A stretch of 64,000 nt of DNA from the human T2T-CHM13v2.0 reference genome, Homo sapiens. Under the pieces are notes generated by a model, which saw nothing but the letters and a program-made list of their open reading frames with translations, did no database searches and was not told where the DNA came from. Location of the stretch: assembly GCF_009914755.1 (NCBI RefSeq), contig NC_060930.1; one strand, given 5' to 3'. Below, piece after piece: positions 1 to 13,075 of the stretch; position 1 is the stretch's first letter, and the number at the start of each line of letters is the position of its first letter. Both the position numbers and the translations under genes were made by a program.

Positions 1-139
1 GCCTGGCCAATTTTTGTATTCTTTTTTTATGGGGTTTCACTATGTTGGCCAGGCTTGTCTCAAACTCCTGACTTCATGAGCTGCCCACCTTGGCCTCCCA
101 AAGTGCTGGGATTGCAGGTGTGAGCCACTGTGCCTGACC
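1..139 (-). mobile_element. Alu (AluS-like) left monomer, cut by window edge
   Basis: Reverse-strand Alu motifs ggggtttcactatgttggccagg...cctcccaaagtgctgggatt...gagccactgtgcctgacc. Confidence 0.95.
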
Positions 140-401
140 AGGGCCTTAGAATTTTAATTTTGGTTTACATTATCATAAGTAAAGGCAGGTGCTCTGGAAT
201 TAAAAAATTCCAAGTGAACGTGTTTTGGAGAATCTGGAATAGCTACTGGAGGAAGTGATGCCTCATCTAAGAAAATGGGTAGAACTGAACCAAATTATTT
301 GAGCAGTAAGAGTGTCCCAGGAGGAGACAATGATGCATTGAAGGCCTATATGCAAAAGATATACAGAGCTGGAATGCACAATGTGTGTGGAAATTTAATA
401 A

Positions 402-731
<330 letters not shown>

Positions 732-759
732 AAGCATGGGCTTTTGACTCTGAGTTTAA

Positions 760-2790
760 TTACTTTTTTTATGCAAGGAAACTGCTTTTTAAGGAAGAGA
801 ATGACATGACAGAATGGTATAGAAAGGTGACTTTTCAGCATGGATAATAAATTGGGGATGATGAAATCTGAGGCTAGGATTTGAGTTAGAGGCTGTTGCT
901 GCAGGAGGTGAAGTGTGGTCCAGTTTTGAATGTAGTGGGTTAGAAGTATCTGTGGGTCACACAAGTGGAGAAATTCAGTAAATCAGTATCCACAGAGGTC
1001 TGGAAAATCTATCCAACAAGAAAAAGATATATGTGAGAAAAATCAGCTTGGAAACAGTAATTTAGAGTATTGATATACAAGAAATTAATAAATAATGTAT
1101 AGATAGTAAAAAAGAATGAGGCCCAGGACAAAAGCGACAGGTACAGGACAGAAAAAGTGATTGCTATAAAGAAGACTCAGGAAGATGGGCAAGAAAAAAC
1201 AAGAATAACATACCATGAAATCCAGGCTGGAAAGCATTTCAAGAAGATGAGAGCAGTCATCATTGCCACACTCTGTCTGGGAAGGTAAGAATAAAAATTG
1301 ACACTTGGATTAAAAGATGAGGAGGTTTGAGAGTTGAAAGGAGATGTGGAAGCCAGAATTTGCTAGAATAACGAGAGAGGAAAGGGTGTTAGAATGCATA
1401 AAACACATAAAGACAACTGCATAAAGGACTTGGAATATAAATTGAAAGAAGTAGAGCAGCTAATGATTGAGATACAGAGTTGAGGTTTTTAAGATAATGA
1501 AGATATGTTAATGAATGTGTATTGCGTGCTTGTGTTATTCAATCACTGATAAGAGCTATTCAATTTCTAGGGAGAGAATGGAAAACACAGAGAGAGGAGG
1601 GGAAAGTTCAGGTGAGAGATGTCCCTGGGGGTGGGCGCAAGTGGATATTGGATCCAGAAACAAATAGGACGATGAGCTTTAGACAGGAGAGGGGACACCT
1701 CTTGTATTGTGACATAGACAAAGGAAGAAAACTGCGGAAGACAGAGGCAGATATTTAAATTGGATAGCATGAAACAGAAGGATTTCTGATATTAATAGGC
1801 TGCATTTTCTCTAAGCAGTGTGCAGCAAGTGGAAGAGGACTTTGAGGAAAGTGCAACAGTTTACTAGAAAAAAAATCAAAGCTGCTACAGTCCAATGCCC
1901 AGTTGAAAGTGGATATCAGGTGATCTGGGTATCAGATGCAACAAAAACTGCACAGCAAGGGAGCTCAGGCCATTGGAAAAGAATGCTTATAGTGCTGGGC
2001 TAAAGTCTAAATAAGACTCCAAAGGAAATGAAGACAGGTGGAAGACTGACAAACCTGAAGAAAAAAACAGGGAACAGGGAGCTGGAGATCCTGAAAATCT
2101 AGATGAGCAACTTTACTAGGGAAGGTTTTGTGAGGGATCTTAAAATATAAGTGAAAATCGAATGAAAACCACCATCTGGGAAAGTCTGGAAACCCATAAG
2201 GTAGAATTTGATTGCATCAGAATTTGACCATACAAGAGATACCAGGCTGGTGGGAAGACTCAGGGGGAAAAGACACTTGTGAGGTTGCCTTCAAGATCTC
2301 CAATGACTGATGGGGCTATGGATCCCAGGAAATGATGAGAAGGAAGAATAGAAAGGATATAGTGTGTGCCTTGGCAAAGCCGGGGCTTTTTGTGTGTTTT
2401 GGGGAGTAGTTGTCTTTCGCATACTTTTTAAAGGAGTAATAGTCTGCATGTAGCAATCAGGCTGAAGGAAAATGCAGCCTCCCTGGAATTTGACAGAGGT
2501 GAATGTGAGGAGCAATGAGTAACTGCCTCTGGGGGAGCCCTCCAGGTGTGGCAGAGTCCCCATGGCACAGCTGAGGCAGGTGTTAAAGGCAGCATTAAGT
2601 CAAGGAGTCAAGATATCACATGTTCAGCTTGGTAGTAAGACATGTTTGGGCATAGAGAATTATTTGGAGATGGAGTTGGGCAGTAGGACATAGAAAGAGA
2701 TGTGAGTAAGCAGAAAGAGGTGCGGGGTGGAACTGTGGGGAATGAGAGGCAGCTGATGTGATTGTGGCTGAGGATATGAGTGTAGGCAAA
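760..2790 (-). mobile_element. Long, highly decayed L2 LINE relic (approximate bounds)
   Basis: Purine-rich tract with L2-antisense-like words, e.g. agcatttcaagaagatgagagcagtca and aagggagctcaggccattggaaaagaatgcttatagtg. Confidence 0.5.
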
Positions 2791-2802
2791 GTGAGATTAC
2801 AG

Positions 2803-3336
2803 CAGTGGCCCCCAAACTTTTTGGCACCAGGGACCGGTTTCATGGAAGACAATTTTTTCACAGACCCGGAGGAAGTTGGGGGAGGATGATTTGGGATGAT
2901 TCAAGCACATTACATTTACTGTGCACTTTATTTCTATGATTATTACACTGTAATACACAATGAAATAATCCTACAACTCACCATAATGTAGAAACGGTGG
3001 GAGTTCTTAGCTTGTTTTCCTGCAACAAGATGGTCCTAGCTGGGGGTGATGGGAGCCAGCGACAGATTATCAGGCATTAGATTCTCATAAGGAGCGTGCA
3101 ATCTAGATCTCTCCCAAGCACAGTTCGCAATAGGATTTGTGCCCCTATGAGAATCTAATGCCACTGCTGATCTGACAGGAAATGGAGTTCAGGTGGTCAT
3201 GCAAGTGCTAGGGAGTGGGTTGTAAATACAGACAAAGCTTCACTTGCTCACTTGCTGCCCATCTCCTGCTGTGTGGCCCGGTTTTTAACAGGCCACCAAT
3301 GGGCACCAGTCTGTGGGCAGCAGGGGGGAACCCCTG
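2803..3336 (-). mobile_element. MER1A hAT-Charlie DNA transposon
   Basis: TIRs cagtggcccccaaac ... ggggaacccctg; internal ttggcaccagggaccggtttcatggaagacaattttt; 8-bp TSD gattacag/gtttagag. Confidence 0.9.
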
Positions 3337-3993
3337 GTTTAGAGGACAGCAGGGTCTTCAATGTGATTCCTAAAGTCTGCAAGTCAATTCGTGAGAGTGA
3401 GAGGAGGCACTCAGGACCCCGAGAGAAGTTAGTTAGCCTGGATTGACTGACCTTTCTCAAATTTCCTAGTCCTAGTAAGCAAGCCTCGACTGGAGTGTCA
3501 TTTTCTGGAGTCCAAGAACTGTGGCCTCCAGTGAAATGGACTATGGCATCTTTTAATGAAGATACATAGGCTGACACTTCTTTTGAATTCTTGCTTCTCA
3601 AAATTATTCCCACCTCCCTTCTTCTGAGGGCAGGCTGTTAGTGATACCCATGCCACGAGGCCAACATGAATGAACACATCAACAGAGAGGATGTGAGCCC
3701 AGAGTCATGATGAGAAAGCCATGCTGGCCAAATGTGAGATGATCCACTGCAGCACCATGACAGGTGAAGTGGAACAGGGAAAATGATATCGTTTCTTTTA
3801 AGGGGAGTGATCTGTTTCAGTAATTGGATGACAAATTCACCAGATGTAAGAACCAAGGAGTAGGAGTGGAGAACTGACTGGAGATGCAGAGCTGAAAAGT
3901 GATCACAGTGTCCCATTTTCCACTTGTTCCCATTTTCCAACCCCTGTTCCACCATTGCACTCAGTTGCCCTCTTTTGACCTGTCATTTATCTA

Positions 3994-4455
<462 letters not shown>

Positions 4456-4519
4456 TTCAATTAACAAACCAAAACAAGCTATTTTTTTCACAGACTAATA
4501 AAATGTTGAAGATATTTCA

Positions 4520-4660
4520 GATATCATTGAATAGGGCATTACATTTTATACGTGAGAATGCTGACTTCAAGGGTGATTACATGAATGTCACACAGGGAGA
4601 CATAGCCAAAACCAAAATTCATGTGTGCTAACTCCCAACACAGTACTCCTTTCAAATGCA
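4520..4660 (-). mobile_element. MIR SINE fragment
   Basis: cattttatacgtgagaatgctgac...gtcacacag core-like. Confidence 0.5.
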
Positions 4661-5706
4661 GTCCAAATATTTTATCAATTTTTAAGAGTTGTAATTTTCC
4701 CTGATAATCAGGTCACATGTATCTATTATCTTTTAAAACAAAATTGTTGTCTATTTAATGAATATAAGAGCTGTCAGTTAAGTTTTCCAGTCTTTAGTCA
4801 GTAACCAAGTCTTGATAGATGATTAGATCATTTTCTACATATAAAGTATTGTGTATATGTGTATATGCATATGTGCATGTGTAAGTTTTGGAGAGAAGAA
4901 GGAAATATGCTGGAGAAAAAGGGAAACATAACTTATAAATGCAACATAAAAAGAGGACAAAGTCCCTAACCTCAAGGAACTTAAAATATTTTCAGGGAGA
5001 TGCAATATGAAATGACAGGACAATTACAAAACAATTTATCAAAATTACATAGAACATAATGAATACATAAGCTTGAAGATGTTCAAAGGTCAAGGAGTGA
5101 TTCTAAATAACGTTGTTCCAAAAAGCAATATAAAAATCACTGCTGAGAAATCATGCATCGGTCAGTAGCAGCCACAAATAAATTAATCACAGAAAAACTT
5201 CAATGAAACTCATTCAATCTAACTTTCTCTGGCATTACGCATCATTCTCGTAGGCTTCGGGTCCAGTTTGAACAGGAGAACAATATAGAGACTGTATTGT
5301 TTTCAGAGTCAAATAGTGTCTGTCCTTAAACTTCATGGACTTAATATGATTAATATCATTTGACCCCATTGTTCTTTGTGCTTTGGCTGTTACTTATTCT
5401 CCAATAAAGGCTTTGTGTAATATGAGTCTCCTCCATCTAAACTTTTTTTTCTATTTATGTAATTCCTCCTAGATTGTTCTACAGTTTCAGCAATTCTTTT
5501 CCAATAAGTTTTCTTTGACTTTTCATTGACTGTGGGCTTTAGGGAGGCATCAAATATTTGCTTCCTATATTTTCTAATCTGCCTTCATCCCTCTTGTTTA
5601 TCTTCATTATTTCCATTTCCTGCCTACCCCAACCCCGCCCAGCTTCTAATTCTTTCTCAGGCCTCTGCCACAACCCCACTCTGTCAATCTTAATATTTCT
5701 CTTCTG

Positions 5707-6016
5707 GGCCTGGCACGGTGGCTCACGCCTGCTACCCCAGCACTTTGGGAGGCCAAGGCGGATGGATCACCTGAGGTCAGGAATTCAAGACCACCCTGAA
5801 CAACATGGCGAAACCCCGCCTCTATGAAAAACACAAAAATTAGCCAGATGTGGTGGCAAATGCCTGTATTCCCAGCTACTCGGGAAGCTGAGGCAGGAGA
5901 ATCACTTCAACCTGGGAGGTGGAGGTTGCAGTGAGCCAAGATTGCACCACTGCACTCCAGTTCGGCCTGGACAACAGGGTAAGACTATGTTTCAAAAAAA
6001 AAAAAAAAAAGAAAAA
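5707..6016 (+). mobile_element. Full-length Alu (AluSx-like)
   Basis: ggatcacctgaggtcagg, two monomers, poly(A) tail. Confidence 0.95.
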
Positions 6017-6084
6017 TTTCTTCTAATCTTATTTTGCCTCTCCCTTTCCCTGTCCCACAGTTAGTCACCTCAATATTTTCCCCA

Positions 6085-9000
6085 GATTTATTAAGGTATA
6101 ATTGCCAAATAAAAATCATATAGATCTATGGTATACAATGTAATGTTTTGATATATGTATACATTGTAAAGGCTAGACAAAGCCAATTAATACATTCAGT
6201 ACCTCACATACTTAGTATTGTTTTATGGTGAGAATTGAACATCTATTCTCTAGCAATTTTCAAGGATCCAACAAATTGTTATAAACTATATTATTATTAA
6301 CTGTAGTCTCCAAGCTGTACAATAGGTCTCCAGAATTTATTCCCCCTGTCGAACAGAAACTTCGTACGCTTTCACCAATATCTCCTCATTCTGCCCCACT
6401 TTACCCCGGCCCCTGGCAATCACTATTCTATTCTCTGCTTCTATGAGTTCAACATTTTTCACTTCCACATATAAGCGAGATCATGCAGTGTTTGTCTTTC
6501 TGTGCCTAGCTGACTTCGTTAATGTAATGTTCTCCAAGTTCACCTATGTCGTTGCAGATGGAAGAATTTCCTTCATTCTCAAGGCTGAATAGTATTCTGT
6601 CGTGTATATACCACATTTTCTTCATCAGTTCACCCGTCCATGGATACTTAGGTTGTTTCCTTAGCTTCATTATTGTGAATAATGCCACAATGAACATTGG
6701 AGTGCAGCTATCTCTTCAACATATTGTTGAGAGGTGGTTTTAATTTGCATTTCCCTGATGATTAATGACACTGCATAACATCCAAAAAAGCCTAGGATAC
6801 ACTCCACTTGTGTATACAATCTGAAAAATGGAAATATATACATTTCTTAACCATGTTGACTAAAGAAGAAATATCTTGTTGAGAGAGAAACATATGCATG
6901 TTTAAGCACTTCACTATAAGAGGTTAATTACTCAAATGTTTCTACATTCAAGCCACTGCCCAAATCTACAATCTTAAATAATTATATATGTATACAGTCA
7001 TCCTTCCGTATCTTTGCTTCTTTCTCCATGGATTCAACCAACTGCAGAATTTACATTCCCACCAACAGTGCATAAGGGTTCCCATTTCTCCATATCCATG
7101 ACAGCATTTTGTTTTGTTTTGGTTTGGTTTTTTTATCATAGCCATTCTGATGGAGTGAGATGGTATCTTGTGTGATTTTGGCTTGCATTTCCCTGATGAT
7201 TAGTCATGTTGAGAATTTTTCTTGCACATTTGTATGTCTTCTTTTGAGAAATATTTGTGTCTTTTGCTCATTCTTTAACCAGGTTATTATTTTTTTGCTA
7301 TTGAGTTGTTTGAGTTCTTTGTATATCCTGAATATTAACCCCTCGTCAGATTAATAATTTCCAAATATTCACTTCCATTCTGTAGGTAGTCTCTTTACTC
7401 CATTGATAGTTTCCTATGTTTGATGTGTAGAAGCTTTTTATTTTATGTAATCCCATTTGTCTATTTTTGCTTTGGTTGCCTGTGCTTTTAGTTTTTTTCC
7501 CAAAATGTCCTCGCCCAGACCAATGTCATGAAACATTTACTTTATCTTTTCTAATAGTACTTTTGTAGCTTTGGGTCTTACATTTAAGTCTTCAATCTAT
7601 TTTCAGTTAATATTTTGTATGTGATGAGAGATAGAAATCTACTTTCATTCTACTGCCTATGGATATCAGCTTTCCCAGCACCATTTTTTGAAGAGGATAT
7701 TCACTCTCTAATGCATGTTCTTGGCGCCTTTGTTGAAAATCAGTTGCCTGTAAATATGTGGATTCACTTCCGGGTTCTGTAGTCTGTTCTATTGGTCTAT
7801 GTGTGCATTTTTATACCATTACAATGCTGTTTTGGCTACTGTAGGCTTGCAATATATTTTAAAGTCAAGTAGTGTAACACTGCCAGCTTTGTTCTTTTGT
7901 TCAATATTGCTTTGGATATTTGGTGTCTTTTGTAGTTCTATAGAAATTACATAATTTTTTTCTATTTCTGTGAAGATTGTCATTGGTACTTCAAAAGAGA
8001 TTGCATTTAATCTGTAGTACACTCATTTTAACAATACTAATTCTTCCAATCAATGAGAACGGGATGTCTTTCTACTTGTTTGTGTTCTTTTCCATTTTTT
8101 TGTTTTATTGGTGTTTTGTAGGTTTTCTCATAGAGGTTTTTTACCTCCTCAGTTACATTTATTTCTAGGGTATTTTTTTGTAGCTATTGCAAATGGAATT
8201 ACTTTCTTGACTTTTTTCAGCTAGTTCATTACTATGTTGAATAAGAGTAGTGAAAGTGTAGCTACTGATTGTTGCATGTTGATTTCGAAATGAATTTTTT
8301 CCTCAGTTCTTACTTTTTTGGTGGAGTCTTCAGGCTTTTCTATATATAAGATCAAGTCATTTCCGGAGAAGAGAAATTTTACTTTCTCTTTTCCAATTTA
8401 AATGCTTTTTCTTTGTTTCTCTTGCCTGATTGCTCTAGCCTAGACTTCCAGTACTATGTTGAATAAGAGTGGTGAAAGTGGGCACTCTTGTCTTGCTCCA
8501 GTTCTTTGATGAAAGGCATTTAGCTATTCTCAATGTAGTGCAATATTAGCTGGGGGCTTGTTATCTATGGCTTTCATTGTGTTGAGTTATGTTTCTTCTA
8601 TACCTAATTTTTTGAGAGTTTTTATCATTAAGCAATGTTGACTTTTATGTATGGTTTTTTTAGTCACTATTTTGTTTAGTTCTGCTATGACTTTATTATT
8701 TCTTTTCTTCTACTAATTTTGGATTTAACATGTTCTATGTTTTGCAGTCACTTGAGATGCACTATTAGGTTATTTATTTCTCATTTTTTGATGCAGGCAT
8801 TTATTGCTACAAACTTTCCTCTTAGCAGTGCGTTTGCTGTTGTGTTTGGTATGTTGTGTTTCAACTTTCATTTGTTTCAGTAAATGTTTTTTATTTTCTT
8901 CTTAATTTCTGTATTGACCCAATGGTCATTGAGGAGCATTTTATTTAACTTCCTTGTATTTATCTATTTTCCAAGTAAAATGGAAAAAATACATTTTTAC

Positions 9001-10755
9001 ATTTTCTCTTGTTGTTAATTTCTAGTGTTCTTGTTATTCATTTTTAGTGTTATTTGCTTGTGGTCTCAGAAGGTATTTGACACAATTTCAATTGTTAAAA
9101 GTTTGTTGAGATTTGCTTTGTGACCTAACATATGGTCTATCCTTCAGAATGTTCCATGTGCCAGTGAAAAGAAAGCATATTCTGCATCTGTGGATAAAAT
9201 GTTCTGTAACTGTTAGGTCCATTTGGTCTAAAATGCAGTTTGAATTCAATGTATCTTTGTTGATTTTCTGTCTAGAGGGTCTGTCTAAAGCTGACAGTGT
9301 AGTGTTGAAGTTATCCATTATTATTGTATTGAAGCCTCTCTCTTTTTAGATTGAATATTATTTGCTTTATAAATTTGGTGCTCTAGTGTTGGGTGCATAT
9401 ATATTTAGAGTTGTTACATCTTCCCAAATAGACCCCCTTATCATTCATCATTTCATTGTCTTTATTTATAGTTTTTTACCTAAAGTCTATTTTATCTGAT
9501 GTAAGTATGGCTAATCCTACTTCTTTGGGTTTCCATGTTCAGGGACTATCTTTTTCCATTCCTTCACTTTTAGCCTTCAGAACTCTGAAAATTTAAATAT
9601 TTGGTTATTTTATGGTGTTCCACATGTCATGTAAGCTTTGGCCAGCTTTTCTTCTTTTTATCTCTTGTGTATTTGCTCCACCAATGAGTGTTATACTTTT
9701 GTGTGTTTTCATGATGGTAGATATCATCCTTTTGTTTCAAGTGTCTTTACAGGCAAAGTCAGTTTCTTATAGGCACCACATAATTTGAGTCCTTTTTTTT
9801 CTCAATGCTTTCAGCCCGTCTACACTTTTTAAGTGAATAATTTAATCCATTTATATTTAAAACCACTATTAATAAGTGAAGACTTATTTTTGTCATTTTG
9901 TTAACCATTTTTTGTTATTTTATATATCCTTTGTTCCTTTCTTCCTCTCTTGTTGCTCATTATTGCAGTTTGGTGGTTTTCTGTGGTGGTAACACTAGAC
10001 TCCATTCTCTTCCTACTTTGTGTGTTTGCTCTACCAATGAGTGTTATACCTTTGTGTGTTTTCATGATGGTAGATATCATCCTTTTATTTCCAGATGTAG
10101 TTCTCCCTTATGCATTTCTTGTAGGCCAAGTTAGTGGTGAAAAAATCCCTCCATTTTTGCTTGTCTGGGAAAGACTTTATTTCTTTTGCATTTTTCAAGG
10201 ATAACTTTACTGGAGATAGTATTCTTGACCAGCAGGGTTTTTTTTTCTTTTTTTTTGGTAATCCTTCAGCACTTTGAACATACCATCCAATTCTCTCCTG
10301 GCCTGTGATATTTATACTGAGAAATGTGCTGTTATTCTAATAGGGATTCCCTTATAGTTAAATTGATGCTTTTTTCTTGCTGTTTTTGAAGTTGTCTCTG
10401 AATTTTGACAATTTGACTATAATGGGCCTTGAGAAGACCTTTTATTTTGGTATTGTTGAGTCTATTGGAGGATCTTTGAGCTTCCTGTGCCTAAATGTTT
10501 GTATCTCTTGCAAGACTTGGGAAATTTTCAGCTATTATCTTTTACATAGATTTACTTATCTTTTACAGACATTTACATGTCTGTAGCCATCTATTCTCCT
10601 TTTGGAACTCTGAAAATTAAAATATTTGGTTATTTTGTGGTGTTCCACATGTCATGTAGGCTTTGTCCAGTTTTTCTTCTTTTTGTCTTTTATTTGTTTG
10701 TTTGACTGGGTTATTTCAAAGGATCTGCTTTGAAATTCAAAAAATCTTCCCTCTG
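6085..10755 (-). mobile_element. Old L1 (L1MA-type): 3' UTR, decayed ORF2 and part of ORF1 region, with internal deletions and insertions
   Basis: 3'-end antisense tttattaaggtataattg...; minus-strand ORF2 remnants in ORF track ([14 protein letters not shown]; YRLNAISFEVPMTIFTEIEK; DNFNTTLSALDRPSRQKINKD = endonuclease region). Confidence 0.9.
6995..7048 (-). mobile_element. MER2 (TcMar-Tigger) terminal stub
   Basis: TA followed by cagtcatccttccgtatc...catggattcaaccaactgcaga, matching one MER2 end. Confidence 0.65.
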
Positions 10756-12179
10756 TTACATAGACTTTCCTCTTCACTGCTCCATTTGAATGTCACTTCC
10801 TGGTTCTTATTTTTAAGGAAAATTTGAAGTAAAGTTGCTCAATTATTACATAAATTAAAGAGCTAAAACCATTTAAGAGTGCAGTAAAATCGATACTGCA
10901 CAAATAAGCATGCTCATGCAGACACACGCCCCCTAATCATGATAAAAGAATCACAAAGTATTATATAATAAGTGGCACATGTATGAATGGAAAGGCCTGG
11001 GTTTCGATGAAGAGAGGGTTGTTTGAAAACATAATGAGAGGGAACGCGGGAACAATGAACTTTGTGCCTCATACCAGAGGCAGCAACATGGAACCCCTTC
11101 ACAGGCATCTCTACTTATTTTCTTCCTGGTACTCTCAGAAGTAGGGCTGACCCTTTGCCAGATGTAACATAATCTTTTCTTCCTCCACAGGAAAAAATAA
11201 AACAAAACAGCAAAGCTACAACAAATCAAAAAAATCCACTACCAACAACAACAACAAAAACTATACAAAGGTCCTGAGTGACTCTGACTACAGGATAGGT
11301 TCTGAGAAATATCTTTATTTTTACTACTCTACAGTTGGCTCAGTTTGACAATTTTTAGTCTTGTCTGCTTTCACACCCTTGGTATTATTCAACCAGTATT
11401 TAATTTTAAATGAGAATTTGGCTAGGCGGACTATGGTGGGAGCTTACGGTTTCTGACTTCTAGCCCTGTGGCCTCTTTACAGAACTATACTAGTTAGTAA
11501 TTTATAATGATAACACTACAGTGGTATAAATTATTTTATAAAATAAAAATGATCATACCATAATATGTTTAATAAATCACTAAAATGTTGACATTTTCTG
11601 TTTAAAATTCATGCATTTCAAGATTACTTCTTGTCCAAAATGATACGCATATTTAAAATCTGATTGCCCTACCTAAATATTTAGGGAAGGTATAAATATA
11701 AAATAAAAATAATCCCGCCTGGCCACAGTGCCACCAGTTTTAATTGTAAAGGTAGCACTGTTCAACACAAACATGAAAATCTTTGGCATATTATTCTTAC
11801 AATGTGCTTGAAAATGATTCACAGAAACACATTGCAAATCTACCTCCATCTTTTCCATACTGTATAGTATTCTTCAATGTGGATTCCCCATGATACAGTT
11901 AACCAATGCCCTATTGAGGGAATTTGTTTTCACATTTTTGCTAGAGTAAGTATCTTTGAACATGCCTCTCTGCATACTTGGAAGCCTAGGAGCAGAATGT
12001 ACAATTTTTATTGTTCTTTTATTTTTTCCAGGGCTTGATTCATTGTTTGACTGTATAGGCTTAAAGTGTTGGGGAATACACTAACGGTACAGATGAAATT
12101 TAAAAGTATACCACATCTGTACCTTTACATTGTGACAAGCACAAAAATTTGATAAAATATTCTTCTATTAGCCCATTTA

Positions 12180-13075
12180 CAAAATAAGTCATTGACATCT
12201 CTGACAAATGGATGAAGTTCTAACATTTAAAAATATACAGGCAGAATATAGGAATTTACAGTTGACTAAAAAAGCTTTGTGAGTTGCAAATAAACACATG
12301 AAAACATGCTCAAAACCATGAGTCATTAGAGAAATGTTAGTTAAAACACAATGAAGAACTAATACAAACTAATACACACCTATTTAAATGGCAAAAAATT
12401 GGAAGCAACTACAATGGACGTTTTAGGTAAAGAGTTTAACAACTGCAACTATTTTATATTGCTGTTGGAAACATAAAATGGCACAAACACCATAAAACAC
12501 AGTAGAGCAGCTACTTCAAAAGATAAACATTCATATATTCTGTGAGGAAGGCATTGCACTTTTAGATTTGAAGTCAAGAGAAATGAGAGTATACATTCAT
12601 ACAAAAGCCTATAAAATCATGGTCATAGCAGCTTCAATTGTAAAAATCAAAAGCCCATATGACAATTAACAAAAATAGATTAACTGTATTCTATAAAATA
12701 CATTCATTTTATAGAATACTACTCAGCAATAAACTGAATGAACAATTCACACACATTGCAAAAGAGAATCTCAAAATAATTATATTGTATGAAAGAAATC
12801 AGACAAGAGTTAAATACATTCAGATTCTAGAGAAGGCAAATAACTCAATAGTAAAAGAAAGTACAGCAATGGTTTCTTGGGGAAATGGGGCTAGGGAGGA
12901 TAGAGAAAGAGCCATTTTAAAGGTATACAGGGTAACTCTGGAGGTAATGAATATGTTCCTTATTGTGATTGTTGTGACAGTTTCACTTGTATATATATTT
13001 CTGATTTTATAAAATGGTATACATCAAAGCTATAGTTTACAATATGTCAGTTGTACTGCAATAAAACATTAAAAT
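12180..13075 (+). mobile_element. Old L1 (L1MD/L1ME-type) 3' region
   Basis: aataaacacatgaaaacatgctca...cattagagaaatg; gaatctcaaaataattatattgtatgaaagaaatcagaca; ends caataaaacattaaaa. Confidence 0.8.
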
